Assembly (NCBI RefSeq): GCF_018977255.1
Contig: NW_024704743.1
Coordinates: forward strand, 54,872,001 to 54,936,000
Length of the DNA stretch: 64,000 nucleotides
Origin: Callorhinchus milii
Taxonomy: Eukaryota
Reading direction: 5' to 3'
Position numbers and translations under genes: made by a program. Shown piece after piece: positions 1 to 13,026 of the stretch. The notes below the pieces were generated by a model. The model was not told where the DNA came from. It searched no databases and saw nothing but the letters and a program-made list of their open reading frames with translations. Numbering within the stretch: position 1 is the stretch's first letter; each line of letters begins with the position of its first letter.

Positions 1-27
1 GTTTATGAACAGTATTTATCAGAGAAG
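1..27 (+). CDS. SNX13: SNX13 coding exon, 5'-truncated by window edge (VYEQYLSEK, RGS domain)
   Basis: Translates VYEQYLSEK, followed by GTAAGC donor at 28; phase 0 joins the next exon. Confidence 0.9.
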
Positions 28-542
28 GTAAGCTTATAATATTCCCAGTGGTTTCAAATACAGTAATTGATGAAATGCAAGATTGTTTTTCTTTTCATAA
101 AACCAAGCATAGTTTTGGTTTTGGGCAATAGTAACGTACCCATTTTGATTTATGCGTGATATTTGTTTAGTAGAGAGAGAACCCATCCAGTTAGGAAGCT
201 TTCTTACCCCTTTCCCTTAATGTCCATTTGTGACCAATAAATATTGTTTTCTCATTCTCTAAACATTTATGATTCCCATGCAGTCTTCTATGTGGAACAG
301 CATTGGAACTTACTTTGTATAAAGTATTTAACAAAGGATGAGATTTATTAGGATGTTATATAACCTTCAGTTTTTAAAACAAAAGACTTACAAACAGAAT
401 TGCTCTGTTTTCTTTTCCCACTTTACTAAACTCACACATTTTTGAACGCTCTGTTATAGACAGCAGAAAGGATGAAGCAATGATGATGGTGAAAACAGTT
501 TTTCCATTTAAAATATTAACAATTTATTTTCTCCAAATACAG

Positions 543-647
543 GCATCTCCAAGAGTCCATGTAGATGATAATTTGGTCGCTAAATTGGCAGAGAAGTTAA
601 ATCATGAAGATCCTACTCCAGAAATATTTGATGACATTCAAAGAAAA
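543..647 (+). CDS. SNX13: SNX13 coding exon (ASPRVHVDD...DDIQRK), RGS domain
   Basis: AG at 541-542, GTAGGT at 648; 105 nt; matches recalled human SNX13 segment. Confidence 0.96.
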
Positions 648-842
648 GTAGGTTTAAAGAAATAAAAAGCCATTCTCCTTATACCTGGTGGGAAATTATG
701 TGATTCTGCCTCCCTATATATGCCCTCCTTTTTGTGTATGTCTGTGTGACATAAGCACATAAAGGTTTTCTCTAAATGTGCAAATATAGAAATGTACATG
801 TTTTAAGACTAAAGGTTAATTGTGTTTTACATTTATGTTAAG

Positions 843-975
843 GTCTATGATATGATGCTGAAAGAAGAACGATTCTACCCCTCTTTCAGGCAAAACCTGC
901 TTTATGTGCGGATGTTGGCTGAGCTAGACATGTTGAAAGACCCAAGTATCAGAGGGTCAGATGACGGAGACTTGG
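843..975 (+). CDS. SNX13: SNX13 coding exon (VYDMMLKEERFYPSFRQN...RGSDDGDL)
   Basis: AG/GT flanks, 133 nt, ends in phase 1; close to human VYELMLRDERFYPSFRQNALYVRMLAELDMLKDPS. Confidence 0.96.
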
Positions 976-2189
976 GTATGTGAACAATGCATTTGTCAAT
1001 AGACATAACAGTCTTTCATTACCTAATCAGTCAGAAGGATAGAATCTATTAAGCTTGTGTCGTGTACATACGTGTTTGGTTTGTTTATTAGGGTTATTCC
1101 TTTCTATTGTCTAATTGACTACATCCACTCCCGAGGGCCTATTAGTGTGGTAAGAACACAGTAAAGAGGAAAGTTCTGCTTATGGGTTTCCCTTTGTGGT
1201 TGAATAGATGTAGCTCTAGGGATGTTGACTGGGTTTTGTGTGGGGAGTTACAGAGACCTGGAAGAAGTGCTTAATTTGGAGTTAGCAGAATTGGTCTTGT
1301 TACAGTACATATAATGGAATTGGTAGAAACATTAATAATCTGGGATTTCTAACACTGCTTCAAAAGAAGACTGTGCAATATTTAGAATATTAAATAAATG
1401 ACTGGATCATTCACTAGCATTAATTTGATGTTTTTAGAGATGAGAGCTATTGGAAGATGATGTGCACCAATATCGTAAACAAATATAGTAACTCTGGGAA
1501 CTTAAATATCTCATCTTAATTACTGTATTTGCTCCCAGTCAAGGGGTCTTTAGTAGAACTGTCATTCTTACGATCTATTTATGTCCAGTGTATGTGGATT
1601 TTGCAAAGCTTTCTATCTACATCTAGTGGTAGAAAATGGGTACAGCAGACTTTTTTTCTATTAATGTTTTAGTCCACCCTTTGTAATGTATTTCAATTCA
1701 ATGTTTGATGAAGTTAGCACTGGTTATTTTTAACCAACCATTTGGTGTACCTAAAACTATACTTTTATAATGCGAGTTACAGATGGTGAGATTTCAAAAA
1801 TTCCAAGTCGCTGGTGGGCAATGAGCCCACTCCTTGAAATGCTTTCTATGATGCAAGATATATAGTGGCACCATATCCAAGTGGTAACTGAATCAGTTCC
1901 CTTCAGCTCTACTCCTCACTGAATTCCAAATTGTGACCAAATCTATTTCTTCTTTCCTGAGAACTTTGTCAGCTCACCTCCAAATCCAGAAAATGAAAGC
2001 ATAACAGTGTTGAAGGTTGGAGTTCCTGGTCTTCAACAGTTTTCCTCCATATCTCCAGAAATAGGCTACAAACTTGGTCTTATCCAAGCACTAAGTGGCC
2101 CATCTCAAAGATTGCTGCCTCCACAGGGAGTCTATTTCCTATGACTCTTCCTTCACAAACACCGCTGAATCAAGAAAACAATGAAAGAA

Positions 2190-3124
2190 ACCTAAATGGG
2201 GTAGAGGAGCAAAGGGATCTAGGGGTACACATACACAATTTACTGAAAGTAGCAACGCAGGTTAATAAGGCCATTAAAAAAGGCAAACCAGGCATTGGAG
2301 TTCATTTCTAGAGGGATAGAAATGAAAAGTAAGGAAGTTATGGTAAACTGCTATAAAAACTTGGTTAGACCACACTTAAAATACTGTGTGCAGTTCTGGT
2401 CCCCACATTATGAAAGGGACGTAGAGGCACTGGAGAGGGTGCAAAGGAGATTCACAAGGATGATCCCAGAACTGAGAGGTTATACCTATCAGGAAAGGCT
2501 GAAAATGCTGGGACTCTTCTCTTGAAAAGATGAGTGTAAAGGGTTACCTGACAGAGGTCTTCAAAATGATGAATGGTTTTGATAGGGTAGACATAGGGAA
2601 GATGTTTCCACTTGTGGGGGAGACCAAAACCAAGGCCATCAATATAAAATAGTCACAAATAGATCAAATAGGGAAATTAGAAGAAATTTCTTCACACTTC
2701 CTCAACTGTCCTTTCTCCCAACACATCCGTGCCATGACCGTACTGTCTTCCCCCACCTCCACAACATTGCCCGACTCCGCCACTTCCTCACACCTCAGGC
2801 CGCTGAAACATTCATACGTGCCTTCATTATATCTGGCTCGACTATGCCAACTCCCTGCTTGTCAGCCTTCCCAACTCTTCTCTCCGAGCCTTCAAGGAGT
2901 AGCGGGAATGTGGAATTTGCTACCACAAGGAGTTGTTGAGGCAAATAGCATAGATGTATTTAAGGAAAACCTAGATAGGTACATGAAGGAGAAAGGAAGA
3001 AAAGGTTATGCTTGAAGGCTTAATTGAGGAAGGGCAGGAGGAGGCTCATGTGGAGCATAAACACCGGCATAGACCAGTTGGGCCGAATGGCCTGTTTCTG
3101 TGCTGTATATTCTAATGTATTCTA
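2190..3124 (+). mobile_element. CR1 LINE 3' fragment, interrupted by an L2 fragment at about 2698-2896
   Basis: ORF 2295..2525 LVRPHLKYCVQFWSPHYERDVEALERVQRRFTRMIP is the CR1 ORF2 C-terminus; tail TATTCTAATGTATTCT. Confidence 0.9.
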
Positions 3125-4029
3125 AACCAGGATATCCATTGCCTTACATCCTCTGTTTTTCTTAACCTGTTACTAATCATCCAATAAGTGGTCTTAGTTA
3201 TACTGTTTGCATAGTTACCTATCTAAAGTGGAGATAAATCGAGGAACTTTAGGATCATGCAGATCATTCTAAGCCAGAACTTCTCAGTCAATTTCTTCTC
3301 TGTTTTGCCACTGTCAGTTGCCTCCTGGTACCGTTTAATGCCATTTCAAAATCTCTGAATACAAGTGTGTCTCGTATCACTGGACTTGTGTGTTTTTTAC
3401 GTTGGAAAGCTAATTTGGTTTATAAACTAAGTTATCCCTAGTTTGCTGTAATCTAGTTTACAGGGATTTAACATTAATAATAAAACTGTCATGTTTGCTC
3501 AAGAAGACTGCCTTTGCGTTGATCTGCTATAAATGTCATTTGTTTGCCAAAAGCAACAGATTTTGGACTTTTTTTTGCCTTAAAAGAAAGTTAATTGTGC
3601 ACCACAATTTTTATTTTGACAGAATCGGTCCCACACCCATGCAATTCAGATAATAAAGTGTAAATATCCATAAGAATGGAAATTGCTTTCGGAGTCTGTC
3701 TTGCATCATTTTTTAAATACCCATGTTAACATAGACAGTATTAATTTGAAATTTTGAGCCTAGAATCACAAATCAAGAACTCTCTAGTGCGCAACTGCCC
3801 TGTTCTTGGTTGCCTGCAGGTGCATACGTTTGTTTTACTTGGAGCCCTTTGGGCATTGAAGTGTTGGATGTTGGAAATTTGCCATGAAGTGGTCATTTTT
3901 CTTTTTAATGTTTAGGAGTGCTTTGAGTTTTTTTTATTTCAAGTACATGACCTTCTGCTGAGATTTGGTATTATTTTACAAAGCATTTTTTGCATTCTGA
4001 GCTGAAATTTTCCTCCCTCCACTCCATAG

Positions 4030-4067
4030 AATCCTTCAATGGCTCCCCAACTGGCAGCTTAAACTCG
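4030..4067 (+). CDS. SNX13: SNX13 short coding exon (ESFNGSPTGSLNS)
   Basis: Pyrimidine tract + TAG acceptor, GTAAGT donor, 38 nt restores phase 0. Confidence 0.95.
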
Positions 4068-5984
4068 GTAAGTGTTTCCTATGAACTGTTGCCTAGCTTG
4101 GGTCACTTATTAACGGCATAAAATGTATATGTACAAAAAGACTAATCCATTCATTTCCCACTCCATAGATCTGATAGTTAAAGCAGCATATTTGATTTTT
4201 CCATATTTCTTTGTAATGTTTAGTGACTCTGAATTTACAGTGCTTGTGCAGGTGTTTGAATATTGGTGGATTTATTTTTTCTGGCTCAGATCCATGTCTG
4301 GAATAGATGCTTGTTTAAATAATACAGTTCCCCTGTGTCATTATATGACATAAAGCAGCCCAGCCTATGAGTAGTCAAAAGGTTGTATCTAATATCAGCA
4401 AGTTTCTGTAGTTTAACAGGATATTTTCTTTTTAGTAGATATCCTCTCTGTGTTAATACTTATATTTTTTATTAGTATTTACTATACAATGGGGGGGGAA
4501 GATAAATTGAACCAACATTTTCAAGAAGTGAATGAATGATCTACTATGTACAGATTTCATTCCTGCATGGAGTGTTATTTTACATTGGATACAATAAAAT
4601 TTGCATATATATAGCGATCCTAGCTTGGGTTTCTTATTAGCCGATGACCTCTTTCACGACAAGAGACATCCAGTTCCTGACTCGTGAAAAATGGGAAACT
4701 GTCTTGACTGATATTTTCTTCAATTTGATAAATACAACTTTTGCAGGCAAACTGGTTGTGCTGCCCAATAGAGCAAAATAATACATTTGTAATTTGCTTT
4801 TTGGCTGGTGTCTATAGGCAATACTAGTCTAAACAGGAGAAGTGCAAAAAAAGCAGTTGGGCTGCCAATCAAAATAGATTAATAAATGCATGTCTCCTCA
4901 TTTTTCCACTCCCTCTTCCAATACAGTTTACACTTATATAGCACCTTTCATGTCGGGAGGACTTCCCTGAGCACTGGGGCTGAAGGTGGGAGCTGAAGGG
5001 ATGAGAAATGGGAAAGATGATAAAGCACGGTCAGGGGCTTGTTTTGGGACATACCCTGAAGGAGGGGAGGAAAGCAGTGAACGCAGCCAATGTACTCGCT
5101 CAGATTGGAGATTAACTAAGAGGAAATCTGTGTCCAACTAGTCAAAATACAGTCCATTAACATTGGCCCTGCCTCACTGTATTTTTTTTAATAATGCTGT
5201 TGCCAGAAAGTTACAACTTATTGGTGTCTGCAGTATAAGGAGCACCTGCCTTAATAGAATACCGATTTTGCAAAATAACCCAAAAGTCACTAACCTACTG
5301 AAGGAATCTGAAAATGGAAGAAAATTTGTGATTCGCTTAAATTGAATTGGCCTAATGGATGAGCTTCCTTATTTTTGCCGCATCTTTTATTGGGAACTAA
5401 GCTTAGAGGCCAGTGGGTCATTAATTCCACTTGTTTGCGCCATTTTGAATTAGCATTAAAAATACTGGAACCTCCACAATTCAGCCCATCTATAGTCAAA
5501 CCCCAGTTTCCGAAATAAGGATTACTAAACACGTACATATCATGTGCCTATTTATATAATTTATGGAGGCTATAATATCGCTTAATATTAAAAAATCTCG
5601 ACTGCAGCAGTTAGTGAATTCTGTTTCTCTTGATTTGTCATTTTAAAAAGTGACGACAAATAGCAATGTGCAATTGGCAGCAGTGGGCTGCAGAATTTAT
5701 TAACTTAGAGATGAACTTGAGCCATGAGGTTGCATTCTCCATGCAATCAATTTGGCTTCTCAGTTTCCAATGTGTACCTTACTTATTCAAGTGTAATTTT
5801 AGTAAATCTTTATGTATACAATATTTTTTCACAACTAATGGTATTCTGATACTCAATAATTCAATGGAGCTGCCTCCTCTCTAGAATGAAGTAGCAGGAG
5901 TTTACAAATTCCCTTTACTCTGTCTGAATAGTTTTATTCCTGGGGCGGGTGGTGGGGGAGCGGCAGATAAAGATTAGGTTTTAA

Positions 5985-6395
5985 TAATAATATTTGTGTT
6001 TGATACAGCTCCTTATTGCTTCAAAACGACCCAAAGTGCTTCACCGTAGTTACTGTTAGGTGGAGTGATTTTTTTGTGCAGGTAAACTTAACAGCCAATT
6101 TATGCACAGCAATGTCCTCCAAATAGCCAGGTGGTTGATTGACGACCAATTGAAGTGAAAAATTGTTTGGCCAGTACACCGGGAGAGTTTGCTGCCTCTT
6201 TTAGACTGTTGTCAGGGGTTCTTTTAACATCCACCTGAACAAGCAGATTAGACCTTGGTTTAACATCTAAACCCAAAGGACAGAACCTCTAACAATGCAG
6301 TGCTTCCCCCAACACTGCACTGAAGTCAACCTGGAATGAGAGTGCAAAGTTCCTGACTCAGATCTTGAATCCACCAACTTCTAACCCAGAGGTGA
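5985..6395 (-). mobile_element. Deu-domain SINE (AmnSINE1/SacSINE1-like), degenerate
   Basis: Reverse complement of the CAGTGCAGT...GATGTTAAACC...CAGGTGGATGTTAAAAGA core shared with copies at 27945, 43651 and 57050. Confidence 0.65.
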
Positions 6396-6929
6396 CCTCC
6401 TTTTATATTATGATAGAACTTAACTGTCTCAAGAAAAGGCAAAGAGGAAATTCCTAGAATTTAATAACTTTTAATATAAATAAACTTGTGGACCAGAGAC
6501 ATGTTTCCACAAATCATAATTGCAAGTTGAATAAGTGTTTTAAAATAAGCAGAACTGAGTTTATAATGTGAATAAGGTCAGAATATCAAAATGCGTAAAC
6601 TGCAAACGTCATGAAACTGGTCAAGTTTTTTTGCTTAAGGTTATGGAATAAGTACTACCCAGGCTAGTGAACAGACTGGTTCTTTCAAAGAATGTTTGAC
6701 ACATTTCTCTCTTATAATGATACAGGCTTGGAAAGTAGTAACGAATAAAGTGGCCCTGGAGGATCATAAAATACAAAACTTGGATTCTTGTTTTTTCTGC
6801 AGATTCTGATCCTAATCAAGTTGAACCTAAAAATATCAATCCACAGTATGTGCTTCATATCTAAAGTAGTCTTGTTATCAAAACCTCTTTTAAACCAGAT
6901 TGTGAAGAGCTGTATTTACTATATTTGCG

Positions 6930-7142
6930 TTTTAGCGTGGACACGTTTGAGTCAGAAGGTTATGAGTTCAAGCCCTATGCCGATACTTTGAGCTCACAAA
7001 GATTCAGCTGATATTGCAATTACAGTACTGGGGGAGCACTGCAGTACTGTTCTTAAGAGATGTTAAACCCAGTACTGTCTGCCTCTTTAGGTGGACATCA
7101 AACATCCCACGGCACAGTTTGAAAAGAAAAGAGAGTTTCTGA
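6930..7142 (+). mobile_element. Deu-domain SINE 5' part
   Basis: GAGTCAGAAGGTTATGAGTTCAAGCCC head plus CAGTACTGGGGGAGCACTGCA core. Confidence 0.6.
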
Positions 7143-7672
7143 GCTGGGGGTGTGTGGTAGGTAGGAGGGTGGCCGAAGGCTTGGTTGAAGAGGAGAGTTT
7201 ATTATTATAAGTAGTAAATAAAGATGAGATTGCGGTGTGGTGGGACAAGCTTGAAAGGGTTGCAGAGTCTGGCTGTGTGCAGTAGGTGATTTTAACATGC
7301 AGTTGATGAAAAAGCTCCCTGAGTGAGTCGTTGTCTCTGGTAATGATAATTAAGCTGTCTGACATAGTCAGCCGCGGTATCTTGTTGAAGCCAATACCTC
7401 CATTGATGTCAGCACCAGCTGTTGAAACAAGTATTTAACTTTCACAGAAGAAAGTTACATTATACATTCATGTTCTTTGTAACAATTTGATGTTTAATAG
7501 GTCTGCCATACAGGCTTTATTTACTTATTCAGTTTCCAATTTTGTGATTATTGAACATAAACTATTCTTAGTAAATCAAAATCTTTTGAGTGTGTAAGAA
7601 TTTTTTTTATAAACTTGACATGAAGAGTATAAAGTAAAATGTATTATTATTCTCTTCCCCCCTCCTCAAAAG

Positions 7673-7742
7673 TCTCTGGATGATCTTTCAAATGCTAGTT
7701 CTGAAGACTCATTGCAACTACAAGCATATATTAGTGATACCG
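7673..7742 (+). CDS. SNX13: SNX13 coding exon (SLDDLSNASSEDSLQLQAYISDT)
   Basis: AG/GTAAGT flanks, 70 nt; matches human SLDDLSNVSSDDSVQLHAYISDT. Confidence 0.95.
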
Positions 7743-8031
7743 GTAAGTGATGAGTTACTGGTAAGTGATATTAAGTGATATTACATTAATTACCATGACA
7801 TTGGACAAAACATTAGGACATAAGAAATGCTGGTTTATTTGCATTTTATTCATAGCTATTGTTTGCCTTGACTGAGAAACTGGCAGAGGAAGTGTCCACT
7901 GAAGTTAAACTGTCATTCACATGTGGGAAATGTACTTGCAAAATGGCTGCATTAATTGAAATACTCCATGCAGCCTGCATAGCAAGTTGGAAAAATTGTC
8001 ACTTCAGAACAGTAATTGTGTCTAAAAATAG

Positions 8032-8350
8032 TAATAATAATAATAATCCTTGCATTTGATATAGCGCTTTTCACGTCGGGAGGACGTCCCAAAGCGCTTC
8101 ACAGAACACACTGTAAAGTGAATTGACTGTATATTTGTGGGTGAACGCGGCAGCCAATTGCGCACAGCGATGTCCCACAAACAGTCGTAGATTGAAAATG
8201 ACCAATTTATTATTGTTTTTTGTTTTGGAGGGATTATTATTAGGTGTGTGGAGTAAGGAAACTTGCCCAAGGTTTTGCCCTGTGCCTGGAATTGAACTCA
8301 GGTCTCTCGCTTGCAAAGCGAGTGCTCTAACCACTGAGCTACAGGACTCC
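8032..8350 (-). mobile_element. tRNA(Ala)-derived SINE, young short subfamily
   Basis: Head GGAGTCCTGTAGCTCAGTGGTTAGAGCACTCGCTTTGCAAGCGAG with A/B boxes, (TAT)n tail; nearly identical to copies at 56372 and 62483. Confidence 0.92.
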
Positions 8351-8398
8351 ACTGAAAAATAATTAAAATTTTTAATTTAGAGTCCTGTAGACTTTATT

Positions 8399-8687
8399 GG
8401 AGTCCTGTAGCTCAGTGGTTAAAGCACTCGCTTTGCAAGCAAGAGACCTGGGTTTGATTCCCGGCAGGGTGAAACTTTGGGCAAGTTTTCTTACTCCACA
8501 CGCCTGAAAAAAATAATAAAATATTGGTCATTTCAATCCACGACTGCTTGTGGGACACTGCTGCGCAATTGGCTGCCGCATTTCGCTCACAAATATACAG
8601 TCAATTCACTTTACAGTATATTCTGTGAAGCGCTTTGAGATGTCTATAAGACGTGAAAAGCGCTATATATGCAAGGATTATTATTAT
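8399..8687 (+). mobile_element. tRNA(Ala)-derived SINE
   Basis: Same head and tail; head-to-head with the preceding copy. Confidence 0.9.
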
Positions 8688-10281
8688 AAAATACTGAAAC
8701 CCACAGTTAACGCACAAATCAGTGGTTTATCAACATAGGCAATCTATATAGCTCTGGCTACCAAACTTCACATCAACTGGCCTGAGCTAACTCGGAGCAC
8801 CCTCCGCAACCCCCGTCCATTAAATTGGAAATATTTAATTTGAATAGGGAAAGCTTTTTTTGATGCTGTTTGGAACATGATGGACAACAGACAATCAATA
8901 TTGCCATTAAATCTGTTAACACCATTTTATCGGTGTAGCTCAATGTGGTAGTAATTAAATAAGGCAGTCCAGTCCCCATAGATTCCAATTATTATTCTTA
9001 CTTTGCACATACTGTATTCATGCTGGTTTATCCATTTTTATGTCTGTCTGAACTGTTTCTTTGATTTACATGCCTTTTCAATGAGATTAATCTATTTGTA
9101 TATTCTAACCAGTTGACCTATACACTGTAAAAAAAACTTTTCATTCATACTTTTCACTATTCACACATCATATTGCAAACATTTTTGTAACCATTATGTA
9201 ATCAACAACAAATTGCATTTATATAGCGACTTTCACGTCGGAAGTATGTCTCGACGTAATGGTAGACAATTGGGTTTAATATTCATTTGCAATTAAATGT
9301 CTCATTCTGACAAGTAAGAACAATATTGGTTCAAAAATGTTGTTTTCAAATCTGTTTGTGTGGGACATGCTTAAAAGTGTAATATTATACCAGGTTGCAC
9401 ATTGCATCAATACTCTTGTCACCTAATCCATCTGTTGTTTCCTACACATTTTATTTTTGTTTTCTTAATTTTCCATCTGCTCTCTATTACTTTAACAAAC
9501 ATATAACTGCATATCATTTTTTAAAAAAGGTTAAGACATTTAGGAAATTGTTCAATAATTCTGCAGTATATTTAATGTGACAGCACTTCATTTGAAACAG
9601 AAAAAAAACTTATTGCATTCCAGTAATTGTGCCCTAAGAAGCTAAATTAAAGGTAATTGTTTACATTTGTTTGTGTTTTTCAAGGCAAGGGAAGTCAGTG
9701 GTGGGGAATGGAACATTTTCCAATTTCAGGTATTCAGGGTCAGCTTCAGGCACTCCCAGGTTGTGTCTAGCACATCCAGCTTCATAGTAAAGTTGCTGCT
9801 TCTCTACCCCCACCAATATACCTCAGTCCTACCCTCAATGAAGCATCTCTCCTTCTTACTGCAGCAATGGGAACATTTCTTTTATTTCCCTTGACCAAAG
9901 TCCTTATTTCTGAGTTAGTTTGAAAAAATAGGGTCCATTTTGTTCTCGGAACTTGGAAGTGCTAACTAGAAACCCTAATGCCCTCCTCTAATACAGGCCT
10001 CTAGACTGGCAGAACCTATCATTTTGGGTTAGATTCTGAGATAAACGCCAGAGGTGAAAAACAGCATATCAAACTACTGACATCCTGATTCCTCCATAGA
10101 TTTTTTTTGTTGACAAAACGAAAGGAGGGGAGAGACATGACTATATATCTACTCATTTCACATTAGTTTTCCATGCTGCAGTTACCTTCATTGTCATATT
10201 TCCTCATCTTTCCTGTCCCATTTTCATCCATCTTTGTGTTTCCCATCCTTCCTCTTCCCTCCCTTGTTTCCTTTTAACTAG

Positions 10282-10457
10282 TCCATGCTGACTGTGAACC
10301 ATATCCTGTGGCAGGAGTATGCAATGACCATGGCAAGACGTACGCTCTCTATGCAATCACTGTCACGAGGAGAAACCCAGATGGCATTGAGGACATGTGG
10401 AAGACCTACCGCCGCTACAGTGACTTCCATGACTTTCACATGCGGATCACGGAGCAG
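10282..10457 (+). CDS. SNX13: SNX13 coding exon, start of PX domain; alternative acceptors at 10282 (long) and 10315 (short)
   Basis: (VHADCEPYPVA)GVCNDHGKTYALYAITV...WKTYRRYSDFHDFHMRITEQ; PX RRYSDF motif; GTAAAC donor. Confidence 0.95.
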
Positions 10458-12089
10458 GTAAACCTGGCTTAAAATATCTTTGCAGTCTATGAACGTAATT
10501 CAGAAAAGGATAGAATTATTCTATGTGTACTGTTGTAGTAAGATGTAAATTATGTATGGTCAGACCACATTGAGGGCACCAAACTTAATGTTTGTGTTTA
10601 CCCTGTTGTGTTTAATTGGAACTGGATTTGTAGTTGAATGCAAATTGTTGATCAGTTTCAGGTATGCATATCGTTTGGCCCTTAGTGATTGCTTCTTTCT
10701 TCCCTCATATCCTGGAAAGTTTGTTTTGTCTTTGCAGAGTCTTCAGCCACAGAATACACAGTCACTCCACTTTACAGTACATTCTGTGAAGCACTTTGAG
10801 ATCTCAATAAGGCACTAAATCAAATGGAAGGATTATTATTAAACTCCTGTGTGCCATTTATTTTTGAGGTCTGAGCCATATAAACAGCATGCCTAATGGC
10901 GATCATTGTAAAATCTATTCCTTATGGAGAGGCTGGTTCCTGTCACATTGGGAAGTCTTTGAAGAAGCTTACATTGTAGCTGGTTCAGAAAGGCTAGCTG
11001 CAGTACACTTATAAAGGCATCTAAGCAAATTCATCTTGTAACAGATGCTATGTGTATTAGAATGCAAATGTTTGATCAGTGCATTTTTTTAATGTTTTTA
11101 ATATTTGCTTTTATTGTCTGGTGATAGGTGTAAGCAGATAGGGCTTAACAATAACACACTTCATGCTACAAAATTCTGCGTCTCTTCTCTTCCTCTTCCC
11201 CCCCACCATAAGACAAGGCAATATATCATATTAACTGTATCATCTCAGTTAACACTTTTCCAAAACAGCTGGATAAGTACCTGCTAGAGAATATGATCAT
11301 TAGTGTGTAAGTGATTCCTGAGCTATTGGCTCTATATCTATATATTAGGGAAAGCTAATTGGTCAAATTTAGTTTTTGGCTGTGAATTAAGTCTGCTGTA
11401 GGAACTGTATTATGTCCTCCTCCTCTCCCTGTTCACTCCTTAATTTTTCCTTCCACTATTTCTCCTTTCCTTCCCCTCCCTCAAATATCTGTAATTTAAT
11501 TTTAAAAAATTCTGCAGTCATTAGTTGGGTTTAAAATATGCATCTGCATAGTGCATGTGCAGTTCTTTCTGCCTGGCACTGTGTGTATGCAACGCAGGGT
11601 TTAAGAAATTGTAGAATTTTGCAGTTTCGCCAGTACTCACTGAGCATGGGAACTCAAAATTGTCCTTGGGAAAGAGAGCAATTGTTGAAGTATCACATGA
11701 AATGCGTGAGATTTGGCAGGACTGGAAGCTGAACAGCTGCCACTAAAAAAAAAGTAGTTGACGAAAGTTGTAAACTCTGCCCTATGCTAATCTGCCTGAA
11801 TTCTTACAATTTAACACCTGTAAAAAAGAATAACTGGATTAGTTTACCATTTTAACAGCTGGAGTCTGGGTATACCATGTAGAGGCCATTTTTACAGGGT
11901 TCAGATTATATACTTAGCAAGAATACAAGCTGCCGAAGTGTTTGGTTTATTACATTTATTGATTACTGGAGGAGAACTTGAAACTGTGGCTTTATACAGT
12001 ACCATCACTCCACTGTAATTGTTGCAAGTGATCTAAAATGTTTGTTTTACGTGAAAAATGAAGTGCCCTATTATATTCCCTTTGCTCAG

Positions 12090-12194
12090 TTTGAAAACGT
12101 TTCAAGTTTAAAACTGCCAGGAAAAAAGACATTTAATAACATGGACAAAGATTTCCTGGAAAGAAGAAAAAAAGATCTTAATGCCTATCTACAG
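12090..12194 (+). CDS. SNX13: SNX13 coding exon, PX domain (FENVSSLKLPGKK...DLNAYLQ)
   Basis: CAG/GTAATT flanks, 105 nt, LPGKK and RKKDLNAYLQ PX motifs. Confidence 0.96.
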
Positions 12195-12519
12195 GTAATT
12201 CACACTTGTTTTATTGTATTGCATGATTATTTACAGCTATTTATAAATTGCTTCAGTTAGGATTAGTTGCCGTATGTACAATTGAAGCAATCAGTGGCAT
12301 TGCATAACATGTCCAATGAAGTCAACCACAGGTATTAAAAACAGAAGATGTATAATAACAATGCGGTCTTTGGGAAATGAACAAAATGCAGCACATAACT
12401 CCTAAATCAGAAATTGAAACAATGATCTAATCCTCAGCATTTTTAGCCAAGTAGAAATTTTGAAAATTTCCCAATATTTTATTAAACTAATTAACAGCTT
12501 CCTTTGTTATGTCTCCTGT

Positions 12520-12775
12520 TCGATCCAACCCCACCATCAGTGTGCAAGCTTTCAGCCATTCTGCCCCCACTCTCTTGAACTTCATTCCAGATTTTGTCTG
12601 CCTCGCATCTTCCCTTCCCACTTATAAAGGCATTTTTAAAACCTCTCTGACGTCACTTTCAGTCATCTCCCCCACCCCACCCCGTCCTCCCACCCCAGCT
12701 CAATTGTTCAGTCAGCTGTGTAAAATGCTTTGAGATGACCAGCTGACAGGAAAGGCACAATATAAATGTAAATTG
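12520..12775 (+). mobile_element. L2 LINE 3' end fragment, old
   Basis: GCTTTCAGCCATTCTGCCCCCACTCTCTTGAAC (AFSHSAPTLLN) and tail resembling 47725-47782. Confidence 0.6.
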
Positions 12776-13026
12776 TCAAGTTGTAAACACCAAATCGAAA
12801 ACCCCCAACAAAGCATTCGGGCTTGAAACATCTTTTCAGTTTGCTTATCAATGTCCGTAGGATCCTTATCATCTCAAGCAGTGATGATGCAGATAGCAGT
12901 TTCATTACCAAGTATAGATGATTAAAATAATAGTCTTGCCATGTAACAATTAATCCAATCCATATCATCTTGGGTTTAAATAATTGTATTTTACCCTTCT
13001 ATAATTGTTTATCTCTTTTTATTCAG

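Noticed and set aside
4092..4640. CCTAGCTTGGGT..CTTATTA direct repeat at 4092 and 4619
   Set aside because: Too short, and no element is recognisable between the copies
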